DNA from: a virus
Taxonomy: Duplodnaviria > Heunggongvirae > Uroviricota > Caudoviricetes
Virus record (IMG/VR): IMGVR_UViG_2630968701_000002
DNA: 64,000 nt
Reading direction: 5' to 3' (one strand)
The notes under the pieces were generated by a model. That model was given only the letters and a program-made list of their open reading frames with translations, ran no database searches and was not told the DNA's origin. Shown piece after piece: positions 20,923-29,842 of this stretch. Made by a program: the position numbers and the translations under genes. Every line of letters begins with the position of its first letter. The first letter of the stretch is position 1.

Positions 20923-21345
20923 TTATGCTGCAACAACACTTTTCTGATTCATTTCAAACCCCTTCCATTCGACATAAGCCATGACAAGTTTATAAACAAA
21001 CTCATTTCTGCTGCCATCCTGGTTACGATATTTTTCAATCAGCTCATTTCCATTCATGCAAAGTCCACCAAAATAATGTTCGGTATTTTCTGCAATCCCA
21101 AATTGACACATGTAATTCCAATAATCTGAAAAAATAGATTTTAAAGGACCGGATGGACCGATTTCTAATGCTTTAATCAATCGAACTGCATAATAATCAT
21201 TATCTTCTCTTGCATATTGGATCAAAAAATCATCTTTTTGATTTTCATAGTTATTGAAATATTTTAAAAATGTAACTGTCAGGTTCATATAATCCTGAAA
21301 TAAATGAAATGGTAAACTATTTGTTGCGAATTGAATTGCTGCCAT
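20923..21345 (-). CDS. Hypothetical protein
   Basis: GGAGG RBS before MAAIQ; own promoter motif. Confidence 0.6.
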   Translation of the reverse strand: MAAIQFATNSLPFHLFQDYMNLTVTFLKYFNNYENQKDDFLIQYAREDNDYYAVRLIKALEIGPSGPLKSIFSDYWNYMCQFGIAENTEHYFGGLCMNGNELIEKYRNQDGSRNEFVYKLVMAYVEWKGFEMNQKSVVAA

Positions 21346-21476
21346 AGCAAAACCTCCTTTTTCTCTCTTCGTCATATGTTTTTATATGATAAATATGAGA
21401 GATAGGAGAAAAAATAAAAAAACAGAGAAGAATTGAATCTTCCCTGCTTTGATTTGTAGTTTTGTATTTTGTTTTC

Positions 21477-22430
21477 TTATGACAGATATTTCTTGAACTC
21501 TTCTTCCGTCATATTTGCTTCTTCAGCTGCATCTGTGATAGAAAGTCGATTTTTTTTAACAAGTGCAACTAAAGTTTCAATAGTTCCTTTGTTAAATCCC
21601 TTATCAAAACCTTTAATTTCAGCTCTCTCTGCAATTGTCTGTGATAAATTACACATAGTCTCCACTTCCTTTCTGATTTCTGGAGTCCATACATTATATT
21701 CCTGATTCAGAATATCTTTCTTTTCTTGGAAAGGCACTTTTTCTGGATCGGCAAACAATGCACACAGGAATCTGTAAAATTTACTTTCATCTGCTTCCGG
21801 GACACAACTGTCATTAACTCCGATCATGATCAGATTAAAAATATCGATATCTCCCTTCCAATGATGGTTTCCAATGATATTATCATTGACCAGATGAATA
21901 TGATTCATACAATTTTCTCCGGTATTCATACAGATCCAGATACTGTAGGTTCTCTTGATATCCTGATAGTTCGATTTTGAAAATTCGCGTTCTTTCTGTG
22001 AAGCAAGCACTCGGCAGTCATAAAAGATTGCTCGATTCAAAAGTGGATATGCGGTATTCTCATTTCGCTGAGCCTCCACATTGATGATAATCTTATTTTT
22101 TCCATCTTTTGTCAAAACATAAAATATAACATCAAATCGGATCAATCCCTCATATCTTTCTGAATTTTCTGTGTTGAAGCCAACGATCCTTTCTCCATTT
22201 ACGGTCTTTTCCGCATTTGTTAATCCTGGTTCCACAGGGACAATACTGATGTATGGATCGCTCTCGATCAAAGGAATGACATCTTCTGGTTTCATTTTCT
22301 TATATTCATCTACCGTATTGGTCAGAATATGAGACAGAACCTCTTTGTTTCCAAGGATCCTTTTTGCAGCTTCATCGTACTGATTATTACCTTCAGTACT
22401 ATCCATGGCATTATTTAGATCATTTCCCAT
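21477..22430 (-). CDS. Rpn/YhgA-like PD-(D/E)xK nuclease-family putative transposase
   Basis: YDEAAKRILGNK, RFDVIF, NVEAQR, RAIFY, YSIWIC and a typical C-terminal repeat/HTH tail. Confidence 0.8.
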   Translation of the reverse strand: MGNDLNNAMDSTEGNNQYDEAAKRILGNKEVLSHILTNTVDEYKKMKPEDVIPLIESDPYISIVPVEPGLTNAEKTVNGERIVGFNTENSERYEGLIRFDVIFYVLTKDGKNKIIINVEAQRNENTAYPLLNRAIFYDCRVLASQKEREFSKSNYQDIKRTYSIWICMNTGENCMNHIHLVNDNIIGNHHWKGDIDIFNLIMIGVNDSCVPEADESKFYRFLCALFADPEKVPFQEKKDILNQEYNVWTPEIRKEVETMCNLSQTIAERAEIKGFDKGFNKGTIETLVALVKKNRLSITDAAEEANMTEEEFKKYLS

Positions 22431-22591
22431 TAGTTTCCCTTCCTTCTATATTATAATACATTTCTTGTGATCATACAACTAGAAGGAAGTCGTAGGGGTA
22501 AGATTGCATACAAAATACATGTCTAACATCTCCTTTCTCTCAATCGTCATTTAAGTTACATCTTAAATATGAAAGATGAAAGATTTTGTAA

Positions 22592-23299
22592 TTATTCATC
22601 TACGTTTTCTGAGAGAATATAATACAACTGTTCTTCAATATCCTTCAAAGACAAAATCTCTTTTTTATATCGTTTGAGTTCAATAGAATACAGTATTTTT
22701 TCATATTCTTTCTCATTTTTGCAACGCTCACAAATCAGTTTTTTAAGTCGTTCAGAATACTTCATATGATATCTGTTCTGAAAGATCATTCCTCTTAAAA
22801 TATTCAAATCAACATGAGGATTTTCTTCTAATACAATATCCAAAACATTACTTTCTTTTGTTTCTTTGTAAAGATCATCATACCATATATTGTTTTTGAT
22901 ATCGTAAACCAAGGAATCCATATTATAAAATACCGTATAAGGCAAATTCTTTAAGTAATCTTCTTCAGAACATTTGATGATATTTTTCTTGTATGCCCAT
23001 GTGCTTTCAATTCTCCATAGATCAATTGTAAAGTCATCGCAGTTAATTTTATATCCGCCAAAAGAATTCTTTTTGGTATGATATTTTGCACAGATTTCAT
23101 GAAACTGACCAACTTTTTTTGTGCTGATTACAAGATCAATATCTCTTACATTTTCAATATCACCTGTTTCCAAGAATTCTCTTAGAACTCCACCAATTAG
23201 ATAAAGTTCTCCAATATTGTATAATTTCATAAATAGTTGATCTGCTATGGGATGATGATTCAAATATTCTTTTAAATTACTTCTTATTGATACTTCCAT
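22592..23299 (-). CDS. Class II (CCA-adding/poly(A) polymerase head-like) nucleotidyltransferase
   Basis: LYLIGGVLRE...RDIDLV catalytic signature; short, with no HD tail. Confidence 0.7.
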   Translation of the reverse strand: MEVSIRSNLKEYLNHHPIADQLFMKLYNIGELYLIGGVLREFLETGDIENVRDIDLVISTKKVGQFHEICAKYHTKKNSFGGYKINCDDFTIDLWRIESTWAYKKNIIKCSEEDYLKNLPYTVFYNMDSLVYDIKNNIWYDDLYKETKESNVLDIVLEENPHVDLNILRGMIFQNRYHMKYSERLKKLICERCKNEKEYEKILYSIELKRYKKEILSLKDIEEQLYYILSENVDE

Positions 23300-23309
23300 A
23301 AGAACATTC

Positions 23310-23714
23310 TCATTTTTTATTTAACTTTGCATTCATCGAATTAAGAAAATCTGCAGCTTCTTGCATTGCATTCTTTCCTGTGAAAACTTTTGCGATACCA
23401 TTGTCTTTACACAAATTTTCAACGGCTTTGAGGTCGTGTACAATGGCATCTCCATCATATAAATTTAAGAAGATTGTTTTTTCTGGACGTTTGTTTGCAT
23501 CGTCGATCAATTCTGCTATGGAATAGACTCCTTTAATTCCTTTCGTAATGCCATATACAACATAATCAGCAGTTTTTCTTTCATAAACTTCTTTCTGCCG
23601 ATCTTTTTCATTCCAACCGTGAGTCATTGGATTGTAATAATCACATTTAAGCATTTTCTGAAATTTGTTTCGCCATTTCCATCCAGAACATGTCCCTCCC
23701 AAAAATACTTTCAT
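23310..23714 (-). CDS. Nucleoside 2-deoxyribosyltransferase-like protein
   Basis: KVFLGGTC...WR...YYNP...E...ADYVVY...YSIAE pattern. Confidence 0.7.
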   Translation of the reverse strand: MKVFLGGTCSGWKWRNKFQKMLKCDYYNPMTHGWNEKDRQKEVYERKTADYVVYGITKGIKGVYSIAELIDDANKRPEKTIFLNLYDGDAIVHDLKAVENLCKDNGIAKVFTGKNAMQEAADFLNSMNAKLNKK

Positions 23715-23986
23715 TTCTCTTCCTCCTTTGTGTTCTTCGGTTTCTGGTTATTCATTACACTGACATCAACAAAAGTTCCTGCTTTGTTTTCATAATATAG
23801 GTATGCAAGTAAGGTATTAATCGCATTGTAGACCTCTTCTTCTGTTGGATGATGAAAATTCATTGCATGAAGGATGTTTGAGCATTCTTCTTCTGATAAA
23901 GTTGACCAATCCATACAATATGCAGGCATATGCAATGGGCCGTCTACATCAACTAACGCAATATTTAACATTTTACTCATGCGCAC
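23711..23986 (-). CDS. Hypothetical protein
   Basis: 91-aa ORF overlapping the next start. Confidence 0.55.
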   Translation of the reverse strand: MRMSKMLNIALVDVDGPLHMPAYCMDWSTLSEEECSNILHAMNFHHPTEEEVYNAINTLLAYLYYENKAGTFVDVSVMNNQKPKNTKEEEK

Positions 23987-24084
23987 ATTTCTCCTTTTCC
24001 TGTTGATTTTTTCTTTTTCTATAAATATGAGAGAATTTTTAAAATTTATTTTTCACATATAAGATTCTCACACTTCAAAGGAAG

Positions 24085-24139
24085 ACCGCATTCATCCCCG
24101 TCCAACTTTCATTATGGACGGGGTATTCTGCTTAGATCA
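24085..24139 (-). mobile_element. Solo IS200/IS605-type left end with no transposase or tnpB
   Basis: TTAT|...GCAGAATA-CCCCGTCC/GGACGGGG hairpin-ATGAATGC, same layout as the left end at 61225-61287. Confidence 0.6.
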
Positions 24140-24198
24140 ATAAAAAAGGACTCATCGTTCCTATAAAAGGAAAAAGATGAATCCCATAACTCCAACAC

Positions 24199-26454
24199 TT
24201 AGAAAGCAAAATATGTCTCCACTGCTTTGTATTTCATTTCATTGATCGTCTCCTCGAATAACCTGTATCCTTGGATCTTGTAATAATCAAGAGGATTTTT
24301 TCCTAATCCCTGATAACGAGATACTTTTTGCAGATCTTCTACTTTCTGAATATGTTCTGTCCATTCAGAAATGATCGCATATGCCAAACATGATTTTAAT
24401 CTCTGTGTGATCATACCTTCTTCATTGTCATTCTCAAGTGATCCTTTTAAGAAGTCTTTTAATTTTCTGGCAGCTTTCTTCTGTTCTACATCTTCTTTTG
24501 TGATATGAAGATCCTGTAAAGGTAATCTTTTTGCCAACTTGTCATAATCAAACGATTTGCACATCATGTCAATGATCTGATAAAACAGTCCTGCAACAGA
24601 AAACTGATTTAAAACTTTTGATTTTGCATCAATCACAGCTTCAAACTGAAGATTGTCGATCTTGTCATAATCAAACAGATTTTTTCGAATTCCATAGTAG
24701 TTCTGTTCAATTTTCTTCTGTGTCTTCAACACATGGTTTCGCATGGTCTTATTATTTAATTCTTCTGTTTCATTTTCTAAGATTTTAGAAGAAAGTTCAC
24801 TGTTTCCATACTGTTTCATAAAATCATCTTCTAAGGAAACGAAGAACATGCTTTCCCCAGGATCTCCCTGTCTTCCAGCTCTACCGCGAAGCTGATCATC
24901 AATACGTCTGGCTTCATGCTTTCCACATCCAATTACATATAGGCCACCAAGATCAGCGACTCCATCTCCAAGTAAAATATCAGTTCCACGTCCTGCCATA
25001 TTCGTTGCGACAGTAATCGCATCAATCTGTCCGGCTTTTGCAATGATCTCAGCTTCTTTTAAATGATTTTTTGCATTTAAAACTTCATGAGCAAGCCCTT
25101 CTTTTGTTAATAGATCACTGATTCGTTCAGACATCTGTACGCTTGTTGTACCAATCAAAACTGGTCGGTGCAATTCATGAATTCCTTTGACTCGTTCAAT
25201 GATCGCATTTTCTTTTGCTTTCTTTGTAGCGTAAATCTGATCATTATGATCAACTCTGATCACAGGTTTGTTTGTAGGAATCTGTTCAACTTTTAAATGA
25301 TAGATCTCTTTAAATTCTTTCCGATCTTTGTAAACAGTTCCACTCATACCAGCTTTCCTGTCATACAGATTAAAGAGACTCTGATAAGTGATCTTTGCAG
25401 CCGTTTTTGTCTGGTCCTGTACCTCAACGCCTTCTTTTGCTTCAATCGCTTCATGCAAACCATCAGAATATCTACGATCCTGTAAGATACGTCCTGTAAA
25501 CTCATCAACGATCTGGATCGTTCCACGATCGACAATGTAATCCTTATCTTTATGCATCAGTTCTTTTGCTTTGATCGCTGTTACAACATGATGCTGATAT
25601 TTTACATTTTCCGGGGCAGAATAATTATCAATTCCAAAATATTTTTCAATCTTTGATACCCCATCCTCTGTTAAGATCACAGCTTTATCCTTTTCATTGA
25701 TCAGATAATCTCCATCTTCATCCGGTAAGATTCCACTGATCGCATCGATCTTACTTAATTCTGTTTCTCCTGTTCCTCTGACTAATCTTTCAGCTAATAC
25801 TTTTGCAGAGATAAATAACTGTTCGCCCTCTTCATTTTCATCCGAAATGATCAAAGGCGTTCTGGCTTCATCAATAAGAATGGAGTCCACTTCATCAATA
25901 ATACAGTAATGTAATGCATTTTCAGATCTTAGCGTCTTTGTCCCTAAAAAACCTCTTAAATAATCAAATCCGATCTCTGTATTTGTTACATAAGTAACAT
26001 CACAGGAATAAGCATTTCTTTTATCAATAGATGACATATCATTTAAAGAAACTCCAACAGATAATCCAAGGAATTCTAATACCTGTCCCATCCATTCTGC
26101 ATCACGCTGTGCCAGATATTCATTGACCGTTACGATATGAACACCTTTTTCTTCTAATGCTCTGACATAAGCAGGAAAGATCGAAACCAGAGTTTTACCT
26201 TCTCCAGTTTTCATTTCTACGACTTTTCCATCATATAATGCTAAAGCTCCCATTAACTGTACTGGGAAAGCATCTAACCCGATCACACGTTTTGCAGCTT
26301 CTTTTACGACTGCAAAAGCTTCCAATTTAATATCTTTCACAGGCTTTTTACGAAATTCTTCTGTTTTTGCTTTTAATTCATCATCAGAAAGCTGAGAAAT
26401 TTTTTTCTGCAGCTGTAAGATCTTATCGACTTCTGATTTTCTTTTCTGATTCAT
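24199..26454 (-). CDS. secA: SecA translocation ATPase, compact 751-aa form lacking the C-terminal Zn-binding tail
   Basis: EMKTGEGKT, VTVNEYLAQRDAEWM, DEVDSILIDEARTPLIIS, TNMAGRGTDI, RRIDDQLRGRAGRQGDPG. Confidence 0.95.
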   Translation of the reverse strand: MNQKRKSEVDKILQLQKKISQLSDDELKAKTEEFRKKPVKDIKLEAFAVVKEAAKRVIGLDAFPVQLMGALALYDGKVVEMKTGEGKTLVSIFPAYVRALEEKGVHIVTVNEYLAQRDAEWMGQVLEFLGLSVGVSLNDMSSIDKRNAYSCDVTYVTNTEIGFDYLRGFLGTKTLRSENALHYCIIDEVDSILIDEARTPLIISDENEEGEQLFISAKVLAERLVRGTGETELSKIDAISGILPDEDGDYLINEKDKAVILTEDGVSKIEKYFGIDNYSAPENVKYQHHVVTAIKAKELMHKDKDYIVDRGTIQIVDEFTGRILQDRRYSDGLHEAIEAKEGVEVQDQTKTAAKITYQSLFNLYDRKAGMSGTVYKDRKEFKEIYHLKVEQIPTNKPVIRVDHNDQIYATKKAKENAIIERVKGIHELHRPVLIGTTSVQMSERISDLLTKEGLAHEVLNAKNHLKEAEIIAKAGQIDAITVATNMAGRGTDILLGDGVADLGGLYVIGCGKHEARRIDDQLRGRAGRQGDPGESMFFVSLEDDFMKQYGNSELSSKILENETEELNNKTMRNHVLKTQKKIEQNYYGIRKNLFDYDKIDNLQFEAVIDAKSKVLNQFSVAGLFYQIIDMMCKSFDYDKLAKRLPLQDLHITKEDVEQKKAARKLKDFLKGSLENDNEEGMITQRLKSCLAYAIISEWTEHIQKVEDLQKVSRYQGLGKNPLDYYKIQGYRLFEETINEMKYKAVETYFAF

Positions 26455-26456
26455 TG

Positions 26457-27200
26457 TTACTTTTCCCTCCTTAATACTTCTTCAAGTGTTGTATAAATTA
26501 AGTTCTTTTCTGGTTCCATTCGTGTTCCATCAGGTCTTGTACAATGAGCGTTTAGCATTGCTTCTTTGGAAACAGATATGAATTTTCCTTTTGTACAAAA
26601 AACTCCAAACAACTGATCATTTTTCTTTTCATTTCCTTGAACTCTGACAACGATCGCTCCGTTATTTTTCAATGCCTCCAGACAGATTTCGCCAAAATAT
26701 GATTTCATGAATTTTACTTCTGATTCCGCAAACGCACCTGGCATATGGTAAACATCAACATCAGAATTCACATCATCCGTACAATTCAGAATTTTATCCT
26801 GATGAATCCGTAAAAGCTGATCTCTGAATTTTTTAGCCTCTTTGATTTCTTCCGAAGTGGCTTGCTCTACCAGTTTTTTTCGTTCTTTTTCCCGATCCTG
26901 CATATACAGATTTTCCGTATATCGAAAGATCAAAGGTTCCTGTCCCCATTCTCTCATACGGGCTTTATATGTTTTTTCTCCATATTTTTCTAAGAACCAG
27001 TCATGAAATTCATACAGGGTTTCTTTTTCTTCTTTTGTGAACTCTTTTTTTGTTGCTATCATTGCGAGCAGAGTTGCATTATAAGCACTCAAAAAACGGA
27101 GCATCTTGTCATTTGAAAAAGATCTTCCCATATAATTTTGAAAAGCATTGATCAAAGATTCTTTTTTCAGATCGATGATCGGAACATTATTTGCATTCAT
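26457..27200 (-). CDS. Hypothetical protein in the secB-secA unit
   Basis: 247-aa soluble ORF, 2 nt from the secA start. Confidence 0.7.
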   Translation of the reverse strand: MNANNVPIIDLKKESLINAFQNYMGRSFSNDKMLRFLSAYNATLLAMIATKKEFTKEEKETLYEFHDWFLEKYGEKTYKARMREWGQEPLIFRYTENLYMQDREKERKKLVEQATSEEIKEAKKFRDQLLRIHQDKILNCTDDVNSDVDVYHMPGAFAESEVKFMKSYFGEICLEALKNNGAIVVRVQGNEKKNDQLFGVFCTKGKFISVSKEAMLNAHCTRPDGTRMEPEKNLIYTTLEEVLRREK

Positions 27201-27210
27201 ATTCTTCTCC

Positions 27211-27609
27211 TTATTCGTTTAGATTGATAAATGGCAGATTATATGCTGGGAATTTTGAAACATTTGTAATGTTTGCAACGATCGGCCTTAAATATCCGAT
27301 CAGCAGTGCCTGAGCATTTTTTTCTAACAAAACATCAATCTTCCCACCATTTTGTATCTTTTCACTCCATTCAAATTCTGCTTCTACGGTGCATTTTAAT
27401 GCAAAAGGTTGATTATTTTCAAAATCGTCAAGATCACCTAATACCAAAGACACACTGATCACTGCATGATTTCCTTCAAGTTTTTTGATATTTGAAAGAA
27501 TATTTTCTGTTATTTCAATTTTTTCTTTGTTCATTACAAAATTAGGATTTTCCATAAATACCATTTCTGTTAAATGAGGATTTGTGTACTGGAATTCACT
27601 TACTTTCAT
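27211..27609 (-). CDS. SecB-like chaperone
   Basis: 132 aa; VSLVLG...LKCTVEAEFEW...NAQALLIGYLRPIVANIT...FPAYNLPFINL matches the SecB-family C-terminal pattern. Confidence 0.75.
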   Translation of the reverse strand: MKVSEFQYTNPHLTEMVFMENPNFVMNKEKIEITENILSNIKKLEGNHAVISVSLVLGDLDDFENNQPFALKCTVEAEFEWSEKIQNGGKIDVLLEKNAQALLIGYLRPIVANITNVSKFPAYNLPFINLNE

Positions 27610-27714
27610 ACATTCTCCACCTTTCTTATTTTATCTACATTACAAATATGAGTTTTTTTAAAAAAAAGATTTTTCACATATAAAAAACAGGTAGAAAAAT
27701 CCACCTGTTTTTGT

Positions 27715-27840
27715 TTAGATCTTTGAGATCACAAAGTTTGCTGCATAACTGACAACTGTTATAAATCCAGAACATAAAGCTGTTCCAGCAACGATTGTGA
27801 CAAAGTATTTAGCAAGATTTTTTGCGTTTGGAAGATACAT
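27715..27840 (-). CDS. SecE-like single-TM protein, 41 aa, not in ORF track
   Basis: MYLPNAKNLAKYFVTIVAGTALCSGFITVVSYAANFVISKI; strong RBS AAAGGAGAAAAAAC; overlaps the secY 3' end; resembles the WPxxxELxxYT hinge plus TM of SecE. Confidence 0.55.
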   Translation of the reverse strand: MYLPNAKNLAKYFVTIVAGTALCSGFITVVSYAANFVISKI

Positions 27841-29134
27841 GTTTTTTCTCCTTTCTGAGCCAGGATTTTTTGCGATAATTTACAATTAAACGTTCTCCTT
27901 TGAATGAACGAACCGTTTCTAACATCGCTCCAACAATAATGATCAGTGTTGTTCCGCCAGAATTTAAAGAAGATACATTAGATAATCCTGTAATTGCCAT
28001 TGGAACTGTGATCAGTACAAATAATAACCCGATACAGATCCATACAATCTGATTCACGGATTTTTTCAGATATTTGATCGTTTCCTCTCCAGGTCTTACA
28101 TTTTCGATCACAACGCCCTCTTTCTTTAAATTGAAAGCCATTTGATATGGATTAAACGTGATAGAAATATAAAAATAAGAAAATGCAATCATAAGGATCA
28201 GGTAAACTGCAAATCCAATCATATATTCTGGATGTTTTTTCATGAACCAGTTTGACATATTAAAATACTGCACCCATTTGATATTGCTGCCACCAAAAGC
28301 TGAAAACAATGTGATCATCTGAAATACGGTACTTGTTAAGATCGCAGGCATAACGCTGATCAATCTTCCGCTGATAGATAAATAAGAAGATTCTCTAACA
28401 GAATCACTTTCTACAGGAGCACTGCTGTACTGTAATTTGATTCTTTTTTCTATCTCATTCATGAAAATCGCAAGAATGATCAGAATGATGACAACAGCAA
28501 TTGTTGCTACCCACATCCATGCAGGATGTTTTTTCATAAATCCATAATATAAACTCTGCACATCATTTGGAATGTAAGTGATCATATTCATCATTAATAC
28601 AACCGTAATACCATTTCCAATACCTTTTTTATCAATAACTTTTCCAAGTAAGATCAGTAATAAAGATCCAAAACAAAGGCATCCAACGGTGATCAGATAT
28701 GTTGTCCATTTTTGATCTTTTAAGATCCCATTTGCTCGCAGCATGATTCCAAAAGAAAATGCGCCAACAACACTTAAAAAAATACTGAATGAAACTGTGA
28801 TACGTTCTAACTGTTTCTTTCCATAAGCTCCATTTCGTTCTAATTCTTCTAATTTTCGAAATACAACAGTAAGCATCTGAATAACAATACTTGCAGATAT
28901 GTAGATAGAGATGCCCAATGCACATAATGTCATATTCTGAAACGCTCCACCACTAAATCGGTTCATCATTCCCAAAACACTTGTTTTACTAACTAAATAA
29001 CTAAAATATGCTGTATTGATTGTCGGAATAGGAATAATATTTCCAAGCTGTACCACGGTCAGACAAAGGATCGTGATCAAGACTTTTATTCCAAATCGTT
29101 CTTCTAGTCGTTCTTTTTTCATAGTTCCCTCCAA
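27809..29134 (-). CDS. secY: SecY translocon subunit, divergent
   Basis: About 10 TM segments; IPIP, FSGGAF, ALGISIYISASI, GIGNG, VRPGEET (conserved RPG), GGTTLIIIVG. Confidence 0.92.
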   Translation of the reverse strand: MEGTMKKERLEERFGIKVLITILCLTVVQLGNIIPIPTINTAYFSYLVSKTSVLGMMNRFSGGAFQNMTLCALGISIYISASIVIQMLTVVFRKLEELERNGAYGKKQLERITVSFSIFLSVVGAFSFGIMLRANGILKDQKWTTYLITVGCLCFGSLLLILLGKVIDKKGIGNGITVVLMMNMITYIPNDVQSLYYGFMKKHPAWMWVATIAVVIILIILAIFMNEIEKRIKLQYSSAPVESDSVRESSYLSISGRLISVMPAILTSTVFQMITLFSAFGGSNIKWVQYFNMSNWFMKKHPEYMIGFAVYLILMIAFSYFYISITFNPYQMAFNLKKEGVVIENVRPGEETIKYLKKSVNQIVWICIGLLFVLITVPMAITGLSNVSSLNSGGTTLIIIVGAMLETVRSFKGERLIVNYRKKSWLRKEKKHVSSKRKKSC

Positions 29135-29136
29135 AA

Positions 29137-29721
29137 TTACATTGCTTTTTTGCAGATTAATCTGCTGATGATATCTCTACGTTTCAGATCGATCTCATTC
29201 AGATATACATCTAATGATTTTTTCGACTCTTTGATCCCGGCTTTCCTATTTTCATAATCACGGATCAATTTCTGATGTTCTTCGATCTTTTCATCACATT
29301 CTTCCATCTCCTGATCCATTTCAAGAACCGAGTTACGGATATCTTCTTCCTGTTCCTGATATTCCTGATCAATGCTCTTCAATTTTTCCAAAAATTTCTG
29401 AATATAATCTTTATTGAAATCTTCATCTAACCCCAGATCAATCTTATACATAGTGATCGCGGTTTGTGAATCCTTTCCGACAAAAACTAACCAGGCTCCA
29501 TTTAAAATAATATGTATGATCTTATTGTCTTTTGCCTCGAAGTTTTTTCCTGTGTAGATAATTTCGCCAAATTGTAGCATTTTCCGAATATTTTGAATGA
29601 TATCCTGCTCATACAAAACAATATATCTACGCAACTCTTGTCGATCAGTAATGTCTTTGATGCGCTCTACATATCGTTGTTTGCAATGCTCACTGATGTT
29701 GATATTTTCGAAACCTTTCAT
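29137..29721 (-). CDS. Hypothetical protein with C-terminal coiled coil, first gene of the secY unit
   Basis: ISEHCKQRYVERI N-terminus; 2 nt upstream of secY. Confidence 0.7.
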   Translation of the reverse strand: MKGFENINISEHCKQRYVERIKDITDRQELRRYIVLYEQDIIQNIRKMLQFGEIIYTGKNFEAKDNKIIHIILNGAWLVFVGKDSQTAITMYKIDLGLDEDFNKDYIQKFLEKLKSIDQEYQEQEEDIRNSVLEMDQEMEECDEKIEEHQKLIRDYENRKAGIKESKKSLDVYLNEIDLKRRDIISRLICKKAM

Positions 29722-29842
29722 ATAAAACTCCTTTCTTATTTTTTTCTACATTACAAATATGAGTTTTTTTAAAAAAAAGATTTTTCATATATAAAAAAAC
29801 AGATAGTAATTACACTACCTGTTTCGTTGATTAAATTTCATT

